A stretch of DNA of 64,000 nucleotides, taken from assembly GCA_010093605.1 (NCBI GenBank), contig MU004182.1:901032-965031 (forward strand), given 5' to 3'. The translations under genes and the position numbers were made by a program. The notes under the pieces are model-generated. The model did not search any database. It saw only the letters and a program-made list of their open reading frames with translations, and was not told where the DNA came from. This stretch comes from Lophium mytilinum. Lineage: Eukaryota. Positions within the stretch are counted from its first letter, which is position 1, and every line of letters begins with the position of its first letter. This document shows, one piece after another, positions 35,422 through 47,669 of this stretch.

Positions 35422-36752
35422 ATGAAGGAGGCCACGAAGAAGAAAGTGCTTCTGCCGAAGGGCCGGACAAGCTCAAAGAAGGATACGAAGGTCCTACCGC
35501 CGCCAGCAAAGAAATATCATCTGAGTGCGGAGACCATTGACGACAGCGACAGCAGCGACGCCGAAACTGGAGCTGAGACAAACAAGCTTGAGACACCTAC
35601 TAGCAAGAAGCCGCTCATATCGACAACGAGGATTGAGCCTCCGAAACCCAAGTCGAAGCTCAATGGACACATCGAAAAGGCTTCGAACAAAATTCAGCCA
35701 GTGAATGGCGCAACGAAGCCTAAGAGCGCGGAAGTTTCTCCAGTGGACAGTGACAGCGATAGCAATAGCGGAACAGAAAAGGAGGTTCGGTCGGGAAGCG
35801 ACAGCGCCAGTACGAAAGACAGTGAAAGCGAAAGCGGCGGAGACAGCGAGAGCGGGGATGACGAGAATGAAGTCGCAGAAGAGAGGCTTGTCGCTCAATT
35901 AGCAAATGCGTATGCGAAGCACCGCTGTCAGTCGTTGTGGCAACGCTGATGAATAGTATAGTCAACCCGCCCCCGCTCGAAGCCACACGGTCCAGCTTCA
36001 GGCCGCTCGTCCATTCGAACCTCCGCAAGGCTTCAATGCCGTGTCCGCACGTCCAGCAGCGTCGTCGAATGTAATGGAACTTTTCAATCAAGGCAGCGCA
36101 TCCGAGAAGAAGCAAATATGGCACATTACAGTCCCGGAAGGAGTATCAATTGAGTCCCTGAAGGAGGTTGCATACAACAAAATCGCGAACGGCGACGCAG
36201 TCATAAACCACAAGGGCGCTGAATATGGATTTAAGACCCAAAAGAAGGGAGAAGAAGGCATCACTAAAGTCATGTTGCCGGGGCCTGAAGGCTACACAAC
36301 AGGTTGGTGCAATTATTCCTGTTCAAGATATGAATTGTGTCTCTAACAGTCTAGTCCCTACCCGAATCGCACGCACCCTCAACCTTCAGCAGATAATTCA
36401 GTTGCCAAAACTCAGCTTGGCGCAAGCAAATCAAGGCAGTGGCTCCAAGACTCCCTCTACTAAAGCTCCACGGCCACAGCCAAAAGGGCTTCGGATGCGA
36501 TTTCTTCCGTCTGGGTTTGGTGATGTGGAACCAGGGACGATCGGCTCATCAGACAGCGAGGCTGAGGTGAGGAAGCCGAGTAGTGCCAATAAACTCCATC
36601 CTCCTAAGAAGCGAAAACACGAAGACACGAATGGAGACCAACACGAGAAGCCGAAGAAGGCCAAGAAGTCAAAAGACCCAGAACATGAGAAACGGAAAGC
36701 GGAGAAGAAGGCTCGGAAAAGAGAAAGAGATGAAGCCAGGGTTGGTGCATGA
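35422..36752 (+). CDS. RPA34: RNA polymerase I subunit Rpa34-like (3 exons)
   Basis: LSAETIDDSD, KQIWHITVP, PRPQPKGLRMRFLPSGF and a Lys-rich C-terminal tail. Introns about 35909-35961 and 36303-36354. Confidence 0.85.
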
Positions 36753-37762
36753 GGGAAGGGGCTTGGCCTTCATAGTGTACCAACTCTAGCACAGCCTCGC
36801 CTTCACGAAAGACGAAAGCTTACTAAGCAAACTAATTGTCGCCAGATCTGTGGTAATGCCGTTCCCAGTCGCAGGAAGAAGTTCATGGCGGCGGCAGAGG
36901 GCACGAGACATAGGAGGCTCCGACGCGATATGCGATACGGATGTTCAGTCAGGTCGTGCAGTATGGGGAACATCGTTAGCGGGTACGACATGTCATCGCT
37001 GAGCAGTCAACGACTGATGTTCACTAAATCGCCGGTGGTAGTATCACCTCTGCTTGAGGGTGGTAGAAGGCGATAGGATCGTCTACGCCGTAGCGCAGAC
37101 GGACTGTGAGGCAGGAGGCAGGATTAAGGAACAAGTACCATGTGAAGACGAGGGGTATGATACAAGTAGCTTGTATGTATGTACAAGACCATACGTCCCC
37201 TGTAGCTTGGCAATCAAAACGTGAAATCTTGATCTATTTAGCATTTCACTGTGTCGAGGTTTGAAAAGCAATACATCAGGCAAACTCGGCCCTTTCCGAC
37301 TAAGCGCGACAGTTGACAGCCCGGTGTGCCGGGGCTATTTTAGATAGAGATGCGATAGGCGTTTGATGGTGTTGTTCTTGGCAACGCCGGCCTTGACGCA
37401 GGAGAAGGGGATCGTCGCGCTTTCGCGATGCTAGACTCCAAAAATCAAGACTCCCATATCATGCGCTCCGAAACCCAAACCTCCCAGCACACTATGGCCA
37501 GCCGGTAGACGCTCCGCTGCCCTCGTGACGCCCCTACTCACTGCTTCCGGCCTGCTGCCCGCAGTTTTTCCACTAGCAGGTAAACAACACATCTTTCACC
37601 GCACACACGTATCCCTGCTATCCAGTGTCAACGCGACCAGTTGTCGGCGCAACGCCCGCTCCGTCTCTATCACCCAGTCACTTGCTCTAACACCTCATAG
37701 ACCTGGCCGCCTTTCATCTCATAGTAACGCGCCTTCGCCGCTGAAACCTCCGTTTGAAGCAC

Positions 37763-40700
37763 ATGCAGTCAACACCTCCCCGGACTACCACCCCGGACGG
37801 CGCTCTCAATCTACAGCGCGCCGATCCTCCCCTTAATCCGCAGCAAGATATTTCTGCCGATGGACCCAGCATGTCTCGCGACGCCCAGGAAGGAGAGGAC
37901 GTGAAGTTATTCGACCAGTCCGACGCTGAACTCCCTCCGCTGCCCGTCGATGATGACGACAGCATTCTCCTCCGGGCCCCGAGTGACTCTGGGGACAGCC
38001 ATGTAGCCAGCGAAGGGAGCGCATTGATGGACCCAGAAATGAAGCGCCAATTGATGGATATTGAATCGAGTTTTATACCAGAGCCGTCGATACATATGGA
38101 GGCACCGCCGCCTGTTGGCGTAGACGACACATACTTGTTTGGGGGATCACCAGGACATACCAGGCCGCAGTCGCAAGTTTCTCTGCACCAGAAGAGTGCA
38201 GTGACTAGCAACACAGACGTTTCGGGCGACCATGCGACACACGATTCGTCCCTGTTATCCAACTCTCCTCCCACGCCCGCAGACGCATATAAAACACCCG
38301 GTCCGAGAAGAGAGGACGCTGACTCACAGGCCGGCCACGAATTAGATGAGGAAACAACGACTTCGGAGCCTCTGCCGTCGTCTCCGGCCGCAGCAGCAGC
38401 ACAGCGCAACATGTCGCGCGTGGCATCGAATCCTACATTCACCAAAGAATTTGTCGAGGGAGAGAGCGGTGCAGATTTAGCGGCGCACGATAAAGAGCCC
38501 GGGGAACAAGACTCTCTGGACGCCCAGCGACCGACCTCCAGCGCATCCACAGTTAAGGCGCCCGATTTCTCACCATATGAGGATGGTTCCTCCATGTCAA
38601 CCGAGCACCAAGATATGAGCATTGAAAACATCACTATTCCTATGTCTACAGCGTCTTCGAACGGCGATCGTATAAGTAAACGCCCTAGCTTTCTCCAGAA
38701 TCGGCACGCGAGCCAGAGGTCCTCCCTTTCTTCATTTACGAATCGCTCAGATTTGTCGGGTGAAGGGAATAGTGAAGCCACCTTAGGTGCAGATTACGCG
38801 CTGCAGAGTGGAGGAGCAGTGCCAAGTTCGAGTCAAAATCGCCCTAGCTTTGGCTTGTCGCGGCTTCCCAGCCTAGGAAGCATTGCTTCCTCGGTGTCGG
38901 GCTACAGCGACTCCAACCCTGCTTGGGATCGCACACGAAGCATCAGCAGCACTTCGGTTCTAGCAGGCTTGCAGACAGATAAGAATCTTGGAAGACTGGA
39001 CGAAGAAAGGCCAACGTCAACAACGCCTCCTGCTACACCAAGAGCTCCCAGCGTCAAGCCCATTGCGCCAAGCGATACAGTCATTGCCAGGCACGTTCAG
39101 GATATCCGCGTGCCGGACACTATTGCCCGGGAATACCGAGAGAAACACCTCCGCTCTCCCGATAAAAGGCAGAGCTCAGCTATGCAGTTTCATAGCCGAA
39201 GCAAGCACAACCTTACTCTCAAGGAACAGAACAGCAAAATCGACAAGCTTAGCAAGGAGAACTTTGACCTAAAACTGAAGATTCACTTTCTTGACCAAGC
39301 GCTCCAGAATCGCTCCGATGAAGGGGTCAAGGAAATGATCTCCAAGAATGTGCAGCTTCAAACAGATCTTGCCAATGAAAAGAAAGAGAGCCAGTCTATG
39401 CGACGTAAGATTCGAGAGTTAGAACGGAAGCTAAAAGCTCAAGAGGATGGACTAGCAGCGGCGCGAGAGACGACCAGCGGCTCCGAAGAAGACAAGAGTG
39501 ACCAGGATTCGAGGCAAGCGGACTTAGAAGAAGAGATATCTTGGCTGAGAGAGCGGCTCGAGACCACTGAGACCGTAGTAGAGCAGCTACGCGAAGACAA
39601 TCTGGCCAAGGAGGTCGAGAAGAGGCGCATGGCAGAATACATCAAATCCATGGGTGAAAGGAACGTTTCGGAGCCATCAGCGGGCATCAATGAAGCCATG
39701 GGCATCTGGAAAGAGGATCTTGAGGACGAGAAAGCCCGTCGCGAACAGGCTGAGACCGAAGCAGACAAGCTGCGGGAAGAAGTTCTACGTCTCAAAGAGC
39801 AATATCAGCCAGCCGCGACCCATCATAACGTCAAGAACGTCTACAACATCAGCAAACGTAACCTTACGTCCTACACTACTCGCTCACACTCAGGTTCAGA
39901 CGGTACCAATGATCAGGCTGGGGGAACAAGCGGCACAAGTAGCACCCTTGTCGATCAGCTTCGCAACGAGAATTCTGAACTACGACGAGATCTCGGAGCC
40001 CAGACGTCGATGCTCACATCTCGAAATCGTGAGCGTGAACGACTACAGCAGGAGATTGAGGACTTGAAACTTACCGCCCGTCGTGGCGACGGTGTCAGAT
40101 CCGTTGCCGGCGACAGCATTTTTGAACGATCGATATCTCGCGCTCACCAGCGATCTACCTCGAGGGCTAGCAGAGACACCCGAGTAACTCAATTGAGTGA
40201 TGCCGAGCGGGATGATTACGAGGGCAAATGCGCAGCTCTCCGAGATGAAGTCTCGCAAACAAAGTTGGTCAACCAAGATCTTGAGAGGGAACTAAACCAA
40301 CATCTCAACATTCTCGAAGAAGCTGAGAAAGAGATGGATGAGCTGAAGAAAGACATCGAATTACAATCAGAGGATCTGCAAGCTCTACAAGCAGAACGTG
40401 ACGAAGCTTTAGAGGCGTTTCAAGATAAAGAACAAGAGTGTGAGAGGTTAAGAGAAGAGGCTATCAGCACCATCGAGAGACTCGAGGATGAAATTGAGCA
40501 AAAAGAACAAGAACGGAACCGACTCATCACTGAGATAGAAAACCAAAATGAGGACTTTACCGCTCTACAACAAGAGATGAAGAATGTCAGCGAGAGCTTG
40601 GTTCAGCTCGAGGATGACCGCGAGGCGAGCTTACGGAAAATTCAACATCTCGAGCAGGAGCTAGACGACGCGAACTCCGAACTCGAAAGTCTTGACAAGC

Positions 40701-42331
40701 GGCTTCGCGATGCCAACTCAAAGATCGAGAGGCTTGAAATCCAAATCGAGTCGTGCCAAGGCGAGATCTCATTCCTCCGAGAAGAACAAGAAGGCGATAA
40801 GATCAAAATCGGTGAACTTGAATCTGCACTCAACACCGCGACCACAACTATCCAAGACGAGAAGGAGAGATTCCGGGACCTCGAACAACGTCTGACAGAA
40901 GAGAGGCGTCAACGCGAGCTTCTGGATAGCCAAGAGAAGGAGGAATTGCAGAAGGTGCTCACAGACTTGAATCTGCAAACATCAAAGGCAAAGGACGAGG
41001 TGAGGAGACTGCGAAAGAACCTCTCTCTCAAGGAAGTCGAAGCATCCACATGGAAGCAACGTCTAGACGAGCTTGAGAGTAACCTTCGTGAGGCCCTCGG
41101 TAACCTTGACGGCACCAAGTCCAGCCTGCTAAAGGTACCCAACATAATTGCACTATCACCCCGATATATATTAATCACCATCGTTCAGGACATTACTAAA
41201 CTGCAGCGGGACCTTGACTCTACAATCCAGGAGCTTGAAAGCACGAAGAATGATCTCGCAGAAAAGGACAGGCTTCTGCGGAATCGTGACGCGTTACTGG
41301 AGAGCGCTGGGTTGGAAAGTCGGAGGCTATCCGATCTGCTCGAGCGGGAGCGCCAAGCGCGACGACAAGACCAATCGCAATTCGACAACGCGAAAAGAGG
41401 TCATCAGACCGTCTCACGGACGATTCAGCAGCACGAAACTCGGGTGCTTGAACTCGAAACAGCGCGTAACCAAGAACGCCACAAGAACTCGACTATGGAA
41501 CGTCAGTACAAGGACCAGCTTCTTGAGCGTAACAATCTCCTACTTGCACTCTGGAATCGCCTCTCGACTCTTTGTGGGGGAGAATGGGCTCGCAGCAATA
41601 GTCTCGTAGCGGGTGAACTACCGTCGCTTGAGATCATCGCGCGAAATCTACCTGGCTTCAGCAAGAATGTTATTCTAGCTGTCAAGACTGTCGAGAATAT
41701 CGTCGGTAACTTCCGCCAGCGCATCCGCGGGATCGAGAAGGACTTGTGGAAAGACTACCAGACACTAGAGCACACGCTCGACATACGTATGAAGCGGATG
41801 GACCAGCTCGACAAGATCGCCATTGCGCAACGGCAGAGTATCGGCCGGCCATCCACGGTAAGAGGCGGGCTGCTTGAGACGAATGGCATAGAGGTGACGA
41901 AGTTGAAGAACGAGAACAAGATGCTGAAGGCTGAGCTGCAACTCAATCGGCAGATACAGCCACAGGGCGACTCTCAGTCTCAGCGCTCGCCGTCGGTTAG
42001 TGGGCGCAGCTCTGCTCGCGCCAGCATGGCGGCATCTCTTCTTCGTCATCACTCCACGAGCGCGGTCGAAGCTCTACAACAGCAGGAGCCCCAGCAGTAC
42101 CCACCTGTGAGCGCACCCCTACAGCCAAGCGAGCAGCGATGGATCCATCGACTCAAGGAGCTCGAAAGACGACTAAAAGCAGAGCGCGAGGCACGGTTAC
42201 TTGACCGCAGCGGGGCACGGAAGAGGCTAGAAGAAAGCAGTGCAGAGAAAGAAGAGCTACGGCTGCAGCTTGAGCGGGAGAAAGATCGGCGCGGGAGTGT
42301 GGACGATCTTGGTGGGCACGGAAGTGACTGA
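37763..42331 (+). CDS. apsB: Gamma-tubulin complex receptor ApsB/Mto1 (centrosomin CM1 domain, long coiled coil)
   Basis: CM1 motif LTLKEQNSKIDKLSKENFDLKLKIHFL and C-terminal EQRWIHRLKELERRLKAEREARLLDRSGARKRL. Probable in-frame intron 41135-41188. Confidence 0.9.
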   Translation: MQSTPPRTTTPDGALNLQRADPPLNPQQDISADGPSMSRDAQEGEDVKLFDQSDAELPPLPVDDDDSILLRAPSDSGDSHVASEGSALMDPEMKRQLMDIESSFIPEPSIHMEAPPPVGVDDTYLFGGSPGHTRPQSQVSLHQKSAVTSNTDVSGDHATHDSSLLSNSPPTPADAYKTPGPRREDADSQAGHELDEETTTSEPLPSSPAAAAAQRNMSRVASNPTFTKEFVEGESGADLAAHDKEPGEQDSLDAQRPTSSASTVKAPDFSPYEDGSSMSTEHQDMSIENITIPMSTASSNGDRISKRPSFLQNRHASQRSSLSSFTNRSDLSGEGNSEATLGADYALQSGGAVPSSSQNRPSFGLSRLPSLGSIASSVSGYSDSNPAWDRTRSISSTSVLAGLQTDKNLGRLDEERPTSTTPPATPRAPSVKPIAPSDTVIARHVQDIRVPDTIAREYREKHLRSPDKRQSSAMQFHSRSKHNLTLKEQNSKIDKLSKENFDLKLKIHFLDQALQNRSDEGVKEMISKNVQLQTDLANEKKESQSMRRKIRELERKLKAQEDGLAAARETTSGSEEDKSDQDSRQADLEEEISWLRERLETTETVVEQLREDNLAKEVEKRRMAEYIKSMGERNVSEPSAGINEAMGIWKEDLEDEKARREQAETEADKLREEVLRLKEQYQPAATHHNVKNVYNISKRNLTSYTTRSHSGSDGTNDQAGGTSGTSSTLVDQLRNENSELRRDLGAQTSMLTSRNRERERLQQEIEDLKLTARRGDGVRSVAGDSIFERSISRAHQRSTSRASRDTRVTQLSDAERDDYEGKCAALRDEVSQTKLVNQDLERELNQHLNILEEAEKEMDELKKDIELQSEDLQALQAERDEALEAFQDKEQECERLREEAISTIERLEDEIEQKEQERNRLITEIENQNEDFTALQQEMKNVSESLVQLEDDREASLRKIQHLEQELDDANSELESLDKRLRDANSKIERLEIQIESCQGEISFLREEQEGDKIKIGELESALNTATTTIQDEKERFRDLEQRLTEERRQRELLDSQEKEELQKVLTDLNLQTSKAKDEVRRLRKNLSLKEVEASTWKQRLDELESNLREALGNLDGTKSSLLKVPNIIALSPRYILITIVQDITKLQRDLDSTIQELESTKNDLAEKDRLLRNRDALLESAGLESRRLSDLLERERQARRQDQSQFDNAKRGHQTVSRTIQQHETRVLELETARNQERHKNSTMERQYKDQLLERNNLLLALWNRLSTLCGGEWARSNSLVAGELPSLEIIARNLPGFSKNVILAVKTVENIVGNFRQRIRGIEKDLWKDYQTLEHTLDIRMKRMDQLDKIAIAQRQSIGRPSTVRGGLLETNGIEVTKLKNENKMLKAELQLNRQIQPQGDSQSQRSPSVSGRSSARASMAASLLRHHSTSAVEALQQQEPQQYPPVSAPLQPSEQRWIHRLKELERRLKAEREARLLDRSGARKRLEESSAEKEELRLQLEREKDRRGSVDDLGGHGSD

Positions 42332-44063
42332 CGGAAGTCTAGTGCGCAACTTGTACTACTACACACAGGGTTTATCTAGCGTAGGAGTCGGTCGTACAGG
42401 CGTTTTTCTTTGTATCAGAATGTTCGTTGGTGTCTGGGTGCAGCTTGGGTTGGCTGGCGTTTTCCTCATACGCGAGGGGGAGCAGGGCGTTCGAGGGTGA
42501 CAAAAGGAATTTTGGTATTGCTTAGATGGTAGAAGATATCATATCGCACGTTTGAGGTACATACGTTGTCTATATGACAACTGCAAAATCGATGTTATGA
42601 ATGCGGTTGTATTTGTGTGCTCGAATACGTGGGCGCTTACGAATCTTGGTACATAGGATCTTGTTATGACTGCCCCAATATACCGCTATCGACAGTCCAC
42701 GAGGTGGCCGTTTCATCAAAAGTATTCCATATCTAGCCTAATTGGCAGTCTCGATTTAGGGAGTCTGTTGTAGGCCCCTAATCAGGCGTTAGCCACCAAA
42801 CGACTCCAAGTATCCGCTCGTTGTGACTTCATGAAAGCTACAAAGCCAGTTCATACTCCCAAATCCGCTTGGAGACTACAAATTATACCTCCAAGTTCGG
42901 GTCTAGAACGGTCTGTCGAGAGCCATCTACTCCGATCAAAATCAAGATTCTAGTTCGCCGAAATGTATACCAAAGCGACATAAATTTTAATAAGAACGTT
43001 TATGCATCAAGACAGCATGGGAGGCTCTGAAGCGTAATGATACGACGTCTGAAAGGTATGGGCATACTTTCAGCGCAGTTGACAGAGTTGTTCACAAGTG
43101 TGTGCGGGAGGGTGGACTTCAGATATCAGGGACATGCTGTATGCTCCAGACTATATATCAGGCAAGCTCTGGGTGTCTACTGTAAGCACCGTGCTGTAGC
43201 GGGGAGAGCTTCGCAATTGCGAAACAGCATGCCAATAACATAAATCGTAGTATGAGATGTTTATGGCAAGATACATGCACAGCTAAAACAGTCAAATCCT
43301 CGTGCATATACATCTATTCGCTCCGTATCGTATCAGTCTGCTGTCCTCCATACCACCCTTTACAAAAGCTCGAAGGGCCCACTACCCTCTCCATAGCTCA
43401 TTCAGCGACGCTTGCTACTACTTAAGCTTATCTACTCACCTCGACGCTGCCTTCATCCTTCCTCCATCTTCCAACCACTATCTTCCTGCACCACCACTCT
43501 ACTCAGGGTCCGTCTTTCAACAACCCTTAATATCTTCCTCTTCTTGTTGATACCGAGAAGCAACAACCTGCTGCTTGTCAACTTCGTAAGACCTCCTCCC
43601 ATCCGCTGGCCCTCTCCACATACACACCCATATCGACCTGGACGCTTCTTGCGGACTTGACTCATCACCTCACCAGGACCCTTATCATCAGACTGATTCC
43701 TTCCTCTACCCATTCTTGTTCGGGCTCTTTCCTTATCATTTGCTCAACCAAGCGGGACGAGCTGCGCAACTGCTTCACCTCACCTGATTTTGAAGTCTCC
43801 CACACTCCTCTAACATCTCTCAGGCCTCTACCTCAACCAATCTCTCACCCTCCACAAACCAGCCACATCTCAATATCTGCTTTCCAACCAAACTAGCCTA
43901 TCAAGCCACCCCCAAGTCCTTCTTCTGCATCCCACTGCTTTGCTTGCGCCAGTCCAGCATCGTCAATCGTTCCATCTTCGCGCAGTCTTGCACTTGCTTC
44001 GAAGGTGGGCACTCACTCTTTACTGTACGCATCTTCCTTCCCATGTATTAATACCAATCCCAG

Positions 44064-46070
44064 ATGGCCAAGCCGGACTACGAGAAGCCCCCGTCGGCTA
44101 ACACGAGGAAGGGTCAGATTCCGCCGTCGTCGTCAGCAAAGTCGAGCGACGCAAAGTCTAAGCCTCCGAAAAAGCTGACCTACCGCGAGCGTGCGCAGAA
44201 AGAGCGGGAAAAAGAGCGCGAGCGGGAGAAAAAAGCGAAGCAGAAAGAGGCCGTGCTGATCAAGAAGGCTAAGGCGAAGGAGGCGGAACTACTCAAGAAA
44301 GCTAAAGAGGAAGAGGTTGCACGGGCTGAAAAAGCGAAGCAGGCGAAGGAAAGAGCACGATTGGCGAGGCTTGACAGAGAGTTTAGGGAGGCTCAACGGT
44401 TGATCGAGAAAGAGGAGAGGAAGGCTGCTGAAGCTGCTGCGAAGGCGGAGAGGGATAAGGCTGCAGAAGCTGCTGCTGAACTGGAGAAGGAGAAAGCTGC
44501 ACAACTAGCAGCCAAAGCGGAAAAGGAGAAGGAGAAAGAGAACACGAAGGGCAAAAAGATTGCTCCGATACCATCATCACACAGCTCGCGAGCTAGTACG
44601 CCGACGTCAAACGAAAACATGACTATCCCCGACGCAGGTTGGTCTTTCTCGAAGGTCCCTTCCAACGGTCCCGAGATCTGGGATGTTGATGAAGGTTCAG
44701 TCGTGAACCCTTCGAGCTCGGTGTCGCAACAGAGAGACCTGGTCGCCGAGCCTAGCACCCAAGGCAGACAAGGTCCTCAAGGCAGCGGCAACGAAATCCG
44801 TTCATCGGATCATCGGTTTCAGGCTACCCTCAATGGCGACGAGGGTCCATCGAGGTGCACGGCCATGTCCAGGGCATCCGGAGGTTCTTTCAATGTGTTC
44901 GATGCCGAGCTGCAAGATCTCAAGAGACAGAATGAAACTCTTAAGATTAATCTTGCGGAACGAGAGGCAGTGATTGCCAAGGTTCTGCGAGAATCAGCCG
45001 AGACTCGAAAAGATAAAGCTACCGTTGAGCTGAAACTGGCTACGAAAGATCAAGAGTTGAAGGAAGCCGTCCAAGAGCACCTCAACCAGGAGGAGGCTTG
45101 GAAGCAGCAGGGCCAAGTGTGGAAGGGCGACTATGACTCAGTCTGTAAGGAAAGAGACGCTATGAAGGAAGAAACGGATGAGCAGGCGAAGCAGGCTGAG
45201 GGTAAACGAGTGACTCTGGAAGTTGAACGAGATATTGCTCGGACCGATCTGAACAAGATGTACAAGGCCCACGAGATTGCCCAGGATCGTGCCGAGAAGG
45301 AGAAGCAAGCCCGCGAAGCAATCTCTAGTCTTCTCGAGACAGCAAATTCTACAATTGCAGAGCTGAATGACCAACTGGAATTGCTCGAGTCGAAGGTAGA
45401 AGAACTGCAGAGCGCAAAGTTGCCTACTCCTCCCCGCGACGGCGATCCCGGAGAAGCGCAGAAGCAGCTCCAGCAAGAAAGAGACGCTATCAGAGAGGAA
45501 CGAGAGGCCGTCAAGAAGGAAAGAGACTCTATGAGAATCGAACGCGACACAGCAAAGACCATGCTAGATGCTTTGCAGCTCCAACATAATGCCGACAAAC
45601 GGAGCCACCGCCTCGAATTAGTCGACTTGAGGGCCGAGAACAAGAAGCTCAAGAAGAGGCGTGGAGATGTCGACGACTCAAGCTCCGAAAGTGATCCCGA
45701 AGACTCTTTGGTGAAGCCAGATTTCAAGCAGAAGTACGAAGACCTCTTCGCCAAGTACAAGATTCTCATGGATGGAACTGTGGAGGGAAGTACCTTGAAG
45801 AGGAAGTACGATGAGATGCAAAATGAGCATCAAACATCATCGGTGGAGACCGCAAAACAGCTCGAAGCGGCACAAACGAAGTGCAAGAACATCTCCGACA
45901 CCTACATCAAGGTCAACCGCAAATATGGCAAGCTTCGAGCAGCAGTGGCTGACGTGGGTCAAATGTTTGGAGGAATGACCGGGGATGACTTCGGCAATGC
46001 GGGTCGTGCAATCAAGAGGCTCAAGCGTGAGCTTCTGGAGGTCGATGATCCGCCGACTCAGAGTGAGTGA
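44064..46070 (+). CDS. Lys/Glu-rich coiled-coil protein of unknown function
   Basis: 668-aa ORF with long charged helical or heptad stretches. The ATG is directly preceded by CAG, suggesting a 5' UTR intron at 44005-44063. Confidence 0.75.
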   Translation: MAKPDYEKPPSANTRKGQIPPSSSAKSSDAKSKPPKKLTYRERAQKEREKEREREKKAKQKEAVLIKKAKAKEAELLKKAKEEEVARAEKAKQAKERARLARLDREFREAQRLIEKEERKAAEAAAKAERDKAAEAAAELEKEKAAQLAAKAEKEKEKENTKGKKIAPIPSSHSSRASTPTSNENMTIPDAGWSFSKVPSNGPEIWDVDEGSVVNPSSSVSQQRDLVAEPSTQGRQGPQGSGNEIRSSDHRFQATLNGDEGPSRCTAMSRASGGSFNVFDAELQDLKRQNETLKINLAEREAVIAKVLRESAETRKDKATVELKLATKDQELKEAVQEHLNQEEAWKQQGQVWKGDYDSVCKERDAMKEETDEQAKQAEGKRVTLEVERDIARTDLNKMYKAHEIAQDRAEKEKQAREAISSLLETANSTIAELNDQLELLESKVEELQSAKLPTPPRDGDPGEAQKQLQQERDAIREEREAVKKERDSMRIERDTAKTMLDALQLQHNADKRSHRLELVDLRAENKKLKKRRGDVDDSSSESDPEDSLVKPDFKQKYEDLFAKYKILMDGTVEGSTLKRKYDEMQNEHQTSSVETAKQLEAAQTKCKNISDTYIKVNRKYGKLRAAVADVGQMFGGMTGDDFGNAGRAIKRLKRELLEVDDPPTQSE

Positions 46071-46681
46071 TCGGAACATTCGAAGGCTGGGGTGCGACTG
46101 CCAGGGGAGTGTTGGTTGGAAGGTCGGGGGTTGCAGGTAATGACGGTCTTCTTGATGGAATCAATCTTGCAAGGCATAGCACATCTGATCGTGCGTCTAA
46201 ATTGGATATGGAGGCTTGGAGCGATGGAGCTTTGCGGATTCATAGGTTTGGGCGAACTCGGTCTATTTGGTTTCTTTGGGCATTTACCACTCATCCTAGA
46301 TAGGATAAGAACTTCTTCACGAATTCCTGATGACTGCTTCGCGTGTATCATGTCCGGTGTACGCGTGTATGCCACTGCTTGGGTTGCCCTAACGCATTTT
46401 CAGAACTCAAAAGGGGAGAGAGGCTGTTCACTTTGGGCCCTGTAATAAGTCGTTAGGGCACTTCAAACAGTGGTGAATAGGTGCACTCGAGACAGAGTGC
46501 TTGAAGGGTGTGCCACTTTTTTCATGCCTAGCGTGACGGGGAAGCTTTTGCCGACCTCTTCGGCAAAACTTGACGCGGTCACTGTCGCGTTCTTTGAGCG
46601 TTATCACCAATTATCAACTCCAGGTCATCCGGCTCTCTCCCTCACTCCTCCCAGCTCCAACGCCTTTACAACACCCAGAAC

Positions 46682-47144
46682 ATGAAGGTCGTCATCAAGC
46701 AGTGGAATGCTGTGGCCGCGTGGCGCTGGGACATGCCCGACGACGACGTCTGTGGCATATGCCGAAATCCATACGATAGCACCTGTTCTAAGTGCAAATT
46801 TCCTGGCGACGAATGTCCCCTGCGTACGTCTATCCTACGTTCATTGAAGCTATCCACTAAACAGTCTTAGTTCTTGGGGAATGCAATCACTCTTTCCACA
46901 TGGTCAGTTGACCTACGCCTGCTTCTGTGGCGCATTGCTTACAGGTTTGGCAGCACTGTATATTCTCGTGGCTTCGGCAGGAGAGTTCGCAGGAGAAATG
47001 TCCTATGTGCCGGCAGCGTAAGGTTTCATTCTTGTCTTTGTAGTATTTGTACTAACAAAGCTTGACGCAGCGTTCAAGAGCAAGGCACAAGATGCGACGG
47101 GAGAGGCTCCCGAGCCTGACAACGACTCGGCTCTACCAACCTGA
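46682..47144 (+). CDS. APC11: Anaphase-promoting complex RING-H2 subunit Apc11 (4 exons)
   Basis: MKVVIKQWNAVAAWRWDMPDDDVCGICR..C.FPGDECP / GECNHSFHM / HCI..W..CPMCRQ. Introns 46823-46870, 46903-46952 and 47018-47070. Confidence 0.95.
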
Positions 47145-47669
47145 TACCTCAAATGTCACTTTAAGCACAACATATACCCTAACGACGACAACGTAAAGGG
47201 TCTGTAGCACGGCCAAAGAGGGATCTTCCACAGACGATTCTCGCAACCTTGGCAACAAGCACGACCGAAGTTGCAAGTAAGGACGACTCACAGTATCGCT
47301 GTGGACACTTCTCTTATGCCCAGAATATCTCTCAAAGACGTCGAGAAGACAGACTGTACAGCAAAATCGACGTCGGAGGAGAAGAGGTCGATCCAAGTGA
47401 TCGCATGCTGTCGGGTGTTGACGGAATGAGTGGCACATAGCGGCTATCTATAGCGCGACTCGCAACAACTACATAGCATACGCCACTGAAATACACATAC
47501 CTATATGAATCAAAAGTCTCGTATCATAAAAGCCCAAAAGACCTCAATCACTAACCCCCACCAAGCCTCTTTAAGGCGATAAGGCTGAACCCTTATCGAT
47601 AAAGCTTCCCCAGCACCCCAGCTTCAAGCTTGAGCATTGTCCCAACCCCCAACATCCACCACAACCAAA

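Noticed and set aside
42400..43900. Long intergenic region examined for ncRNA or tRNA
   Set aside because: No cloverleaf, Pol III boxes or snoRNA box arrangement that I could support.
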